Source: an uncultured Chromatiales bacterium
GTDB taxonomy: Bacteria > Pseudomonadota > Gammaproteobacteria > Chromatiales > Chromatiaceae
Direction: 5' to 3'
DNA length: 51,929 bases
Assembly (NCBI GenBank): GCA_965365625.1
Contig: CBDUCL010000001.1
Span: forward strand, 1-51,929
Part shown: piece by piece, positions 48,960 through 51,929 of the stretch
How the letters are laid out: every line of letters begins with the position of its first letter
How positions within the stretch are numbered: position 1 is the first letter of the stretch
The notes under the pieces: model-generated
Told to the model about the DNA's origin: nothing
Database searches by the model: none
Seen by the model: the letters and a program-made list of their open reading frames with translations, nothing else
Made by a program: the position numbers and the translations under genes

Positions 48960-49823
48960 TCAATCGGTGGGCGGTGCCTTGCGATCCAGGTTATCCCAGA
49001 TCTTCAGGGTCGGCACTGACTGGTTCATAGTATAGAAATGCAGTCCCGGTGCCCCTTGTTCGAGCAGGCGCCGGCAGAGTTCGCTGACAACATCCAGGCC
49101 GAAGGCGCGGATGCTGGCAAGATCGTCGCCGAAGGCCTCGAGACGGCGGCGGATCCAGCGCGGGATCTCGGCCCCACAGGCGTCGGAAAAACGCGCCAGC
49201 TGGCTGTGGTTGGTGATTGGCATGATACCGGGGACGATCGGTAACTGCAGTCCCAGAACCTCGCAGCTGTCGACAAATCGGAAGTAGGCGTCCGCATTGT
49301 AGAAGTACTGAGTGATGGCCCCATTGGCGCCGGCTCGGACCTTGCGAGCGAAGTTGTTCAGGTCCGTCGTCGCGTTGTCGGCTTGGGGATGGAATTCCGG
49401 ATAGGCCGCGACCTCGATGTGAAACTGGTCGCCAGTTTCGGCACGGATGAATTCCACCAGCTCATTGGCATAGCGAAACTCTCCAGGGCCGCGCATGCCC
49501 GAGGGCATGTCGCCGCGCAGGGCCACCAGGCGGTGGATGCCCTGGCCACCAAAACGCTCGAGTATCTGCCGGATGTGCTCGCGGTTGGCGCCGATGCAGG
49601 AAAGGTGGGGGGCGGTCTCCAGCCCCTGCGCCCGCAGCCAGTCGACGGCGGCGAAGGTCCGCTCCTGGGTCGAGCCGCCGGCACCGTAGGTTACCGAAAA
49701 ATAGCTGGGCTGCATCGCCTGCAGGGCGCGCACGCTGGCCTGTAGCTTTTCCATGCCGTTGTCGGTCTTGGGCGGAAATAGCTCGCAGCTGAACTGGGGG
49801 AGGTATTTGGCTTGGGATTTCAT
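48960..49823 (-). CDS. metF: 5,10-methylenetetrahydrofolate reductase
   Basis: 287 aa. FSCELFPPKT, SVTYGAGGST and HFYTMN motifs are typical MetF. Confidence 0.95.
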   Translation of the reverse strand: MKSQAKYLPQFSCELFPPKTDNGMEKLQASVRALQAMQPSYFSVTYGAGGSTQERTFAAVDWLRAQGLETAPHLSCIGANREHIRQILERFGGQGIHRLVALRGDMPSGMRGPGEFRYANELVEFIRAETGDQFHIEVAAYPEFHPQADNATTDLNNFARKVRAGANGAITQYFYNADAYFRFVDSCEVLGLQLPIVPGIMPITNHSQLARFSDACGAEIPRWIRRRLEAFGDDLASIRAFGLDVVSELCRRLLEQGAPGLHFYTMNQSVPTLKIWDNLDRKAPPTD

Positions 49824-49950
49824 GACATTCCAAATAGGTGCCGGCTCCGGCTCCCAGAGGAGCCGGATCGGAGCGTGCGGGCCTTAACCGGATGGTTGTC
49901 GTCCCGCGCCGCTCCGTGGGGTCGGGGCGGGATGCTGTTGCTGCCCGCGC

Positions 49951-51366
49951 TCAGTACCGGTAGTGGTCCGGTTTGTAAGGACCGCTGACAGGTACCCCGA
50001 TATACGAGGCCTGGCGCTCGCTAAGTTGGGTCAGCCGGACGCCGATCTTCTGCAGGTGCAGGCGCGCCACCTCCTCGTCGAGGTGCTTGGGCAGCACGAA
50101 TACCTGCTTGCCGTAGCGTTCCGGGTGCTGCCACAGCTCCATTTGAGCCAGCACCTGATTGGTGAAGGAGTTGGACATGACGAAGCTGGGGTGGCCGGTG
50201 GCGCAGCCGAGGTTCACCAGCCGGCCCTGGGCCAACAGGATAATGCGTTTGCCATCGGGAAAGATGACATGGTCCACCTGGGGCTTGATATTGTCCCAGG
50301 TGTACTGTTCCAGACTGGCTACATCGATTTCGTTGTCGAAGTGGCCGATATTGCAGACAATGGCCTGATCCTTCATCGCCGCCATGTGATCGTGGCTGAT
50401 GACGTGGAAGTTGCCGGTGGCGGTGACGAAGATATCCGCCTGGGAAGCAGCCTCATCCATGGTCACTACCCGGTAGCCTTCCATTGCCGCCTGCAGGGCG
50501 CAAATGGGATCGATCTCGGTGACCCAAACCGTGGCGCCCAGGCCGCGCAGGGATTGGGCGCAACCCTTGCCGACGTCGCCGTAGCCGAGCACTAGAGCGA
50601 TCTTGCCCGCGATCATCACGTCCGTAGCTCGCTTGATGCCATCGACCAGGGACTCGCGACAGCCGTACAGGTTGTCGAACTTGGACTTGGTGACCGAGTC
50701 GTTGACGTTGATGGCGGGAAAGGGCAGGTCGCCGGCCTTTTCCATCTGGTACAGCCGGTGCACGCCGGTAGTGGTCTCTTCGGTGACGCCGCGGATGTTG
50801 CCGAGGATGCGTGAATACCAGCCCGGCTGCTCGCTCAGGCGCTGGCGGATGGACGCATATAGCACCCGCTCCTCTTCGCTCTCGGGGTTGTCGAGCAGGC
50901 TCGGGTCCTGCTCGGCCTTGGCACCCAGGTGGATCAGCAGGGTGGCATCGCCGCCGTCGTCCAGGATCATATTGGGGGTGCCGCCGTCGTCCCACTCCAT
51001 GATCTTGTGGGTGTACTGCCAGTACTCCTCCAGGCTCTCACCCTTGTAGGCGTAGACCGGGATACCGTCGGCGGCAATCGCCGCGGCGGCATGATCCTGG
51101 GTGGAGAAGATGTTGCAGGAGGCCCAGCGCACCTCCGCCCCGAGTTTGACCAGGGTCTCGATCAGCACCGCGGTCTGGATGGTCATGTGCAGGCTGCCGG
51201 CGACTCGAGCGCCTTTGAGCGGCTGTTCCGCCGCATATTTGGAGCGCAGGGCCATCAGCCCCGGCATCTCGGTCTCGGCGATGGCGATCTCCTTGCGTCC
51301 CCATTCCTTGAGGGCGAGGTCGGCCACTTTATAATCGGCAAAGTTCTGGTCCACTACGGCATTCAT
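49951..51366 (-). CDS. ahcY: adenosylhomocysteinase
   Basis: Start moved to ATG 51366 ([38 protein letters not shown]...), giving 471 aa, with a GGGAGA RBS 7 nt upstream. The ORF-track extension to 51450 would run through the riboswitch. Confidence 0.95.
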   Translation of the reverse strand: MNAVVDQNFADYKVADLALKEWGRKEIAIAETEMPGLMALRSKYAAEQPLKGARVAGSLHMTIQTAVLIETLVKLGAEVRWASCNIFSTQDHAAAAIAADGIPVYAYKGESLEEYWQYTHKIMEWDDGGTPNMILDDGGDATLLIHLGAKAEQDPSLLDNPESEEERVLYASIRQRLSEQPGWYSRILGNIRGVTEETTTGVHRLYQMEKAGDLPFPAINVNDSVTKSKFDNLYGCRESLVDGIKRATDVMIAGKIALVLGYGDVGKGCAQSLRGLGATVWVTEIDPICALQAAMEGYRVVTMDEAASQADIFVTATGNFHVISHDHMAAMKDQAIVCNIGHFDNEIDVASLEQYTWDNIKPQVDHVIFPDGKRIILLAQGRLVNLGCATGHPSFVMSNSFTNQVLAQMELWQHPERYGKQVFVLPKHLDEEVARLHLQKIGVRLTQLSERQASYIGVPVSGPYKPDHYRY

Positions 51367-51374
51367 GGTATTGG

Positions 51375-51462
51375 TCTCCCAATCATGGAGCGCCGTTGCA
51401 TTGACGTCACCGCTACTCCGAGCCTGGCAGGGGGCAGCCCCCTGTTGCAACGCTCCTCAGAG
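51375..51462 (-). promoter_or_regulatory. SAH riboswitch (S-adenosylhomocysteine-sensing) in the ahcY 5' leader
   Basis: Minus-strand RNA: CUGAGGAGCGUUGCAAC-AGGGGGCUGCCCCCU-GCCAGGCUCGGAG...AUGCAACGGCGCUCC-AUGAUU-GGGAGA. It contains the conserved SAH-element blocks GAGGAGCGUUGCAAC, GCCAGGCUCGG and CAACGGCGCUC. P1/P2 pairing is GGAGCG..CGCUCC and GUUGCA..UGCAAC, with an inner hairpin CAGGGGG-CUG-CCCCCUG. The 3' CUCC can alternatively pair with the SD. Confidence 0.85.
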
Positions 51463-51495
51463 CACGGATAACCGGCCAAACCGGCCGGATGAATC

Positions 51496-51929
51496 TCAGA
51501 GGCCAGCGCTGTCGCGCAGCAGGTCGGCCTTGTCGGTGCGTTCCCAGGTGAAGTTATCGTGTTCGCGGCCGAAGTGGCCGTACGCGGCGCTGGCCCGGTA
51601 GATCGGTCGCAACAGGTCAAGCATGGACACCAATCCCCGCGGCCGCAGGTCGAAGTGTTCGCGGATCAACTCGGTCAGGCGCGCCTCATCGAGCTTGCCG
51701 GTGCCAAAGGTCTCCACCGAGATCGAGGTCGGCTCGGCCACCCCGATGGCGTAGGAGACCTGGATCTCGCAGCGTTCGGCCAGTCCGGCGGCGACGATGT
51801 TCTTGGCCACGTAGCGGCAGGCATAAGCGGCGGAGCGGTCGACTTTGGAGGGGTCCTTGCCGGAGAAGGCCCCCCCGCCGTGGCGCGCCATGCCGCCGTA
51901 GGTGTCGACGATGATCTTGCGCCCGGTCA
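51496..51929 (-). CDS. metK: S-adenosylmethionine synthetase (C-terminal part; the gene continues beyond the right edge)
   Basis: The translation reads ...[50 protein letters not shown]...AAYGHFGR, the MetK C-terminal domain. The frame is open to the window end. Confidence 0.95.
   Translation of the reverse strand, partial: TGRKIIVDTYGGMARHGGGAFSGKDPSKVDRSAAYACRYVAKNIVAAGLAERCEIQVSYAIGVAEPTSISVETFGTGKLDEARLTELIREHFDLRPRGLVSMLDLLRPIYRASAAYGHFGREHDNFTWERTDKADLLRDSAGL

Noticed and set aside
51367-51450. Upstream extension of the ahcY ORF (track start 51450). The same issue applies to the 5' extensions of hemL (to 8158), radC (to 13680), yqgE (to 34137), yggT (to 25447) and ampG (from 21508)
   Set aside because: The extensions are not conserved-looking, overlap neighbouring genes or the SAH riboswitch, and internal ATGs with an RBS give family-typical lengths.

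Overview
This is a high-GC, GC3-rich gammaproteobacterial chromosomal segment packed with core housekeeping genes. From memory, the gene order matches the Pseudomonas-type layout. The blocks are hemL-thiE-thiD; argC/erpA; radC/coaBC-algC-argB-slmA...pyrE/ampG; yggU-yggT-proC-yggS divergent from pilT-pilU; pyrC'-pyrB-pyrR-ruvX-yqgE-tonB-(apbE)-gshB divergent from pilG-pilH-pilI-pilJ-chpA-chpC; and rsmE, metF-ahcY-metK. I call about 47 CDS, with many starts moved from the raw ORF track, several onto GTG/TTG codons or 1-8 nt stop/start overlaps. I also call one SAH-class riboswitch upstream of ahcY, several intrinsic terminators, in-frame tandem repeats inside chpA, and candidate small-RNA or small-ORF loci in AT-richer intergenic gaps. 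I saw no rRNA, tRNA, CRISPR array, transposase/integrase or defence island. I cannot point to a clear-cut novel multi-gene system. The items most worth follow-up are: (1) a PilU paralogue missing the Asp-box segment; (2) an orphan PyrK-like flavo-FeS reductase translationally coupled to a degenerate dihydroorotase in the pyr operon; (3) a two-TM sensor-like N-terminal module of about 390 aa fused to AlgC phosphomannomutase, with dut absent from its usual slot; (4) a Pil-Chp chemosensory cluster without CheR/CheB genes and with a repeat-rich multi-Hpt ChpA; (5) an ornithine-cyclodeaminase plus three-subunit HcnABC/opine-oxidase-like dehydrogenase operon; (6) a promoter-to-terminator candidate sRNA upstream of argC. 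All family assignments come from reading the translations. No database search was run.
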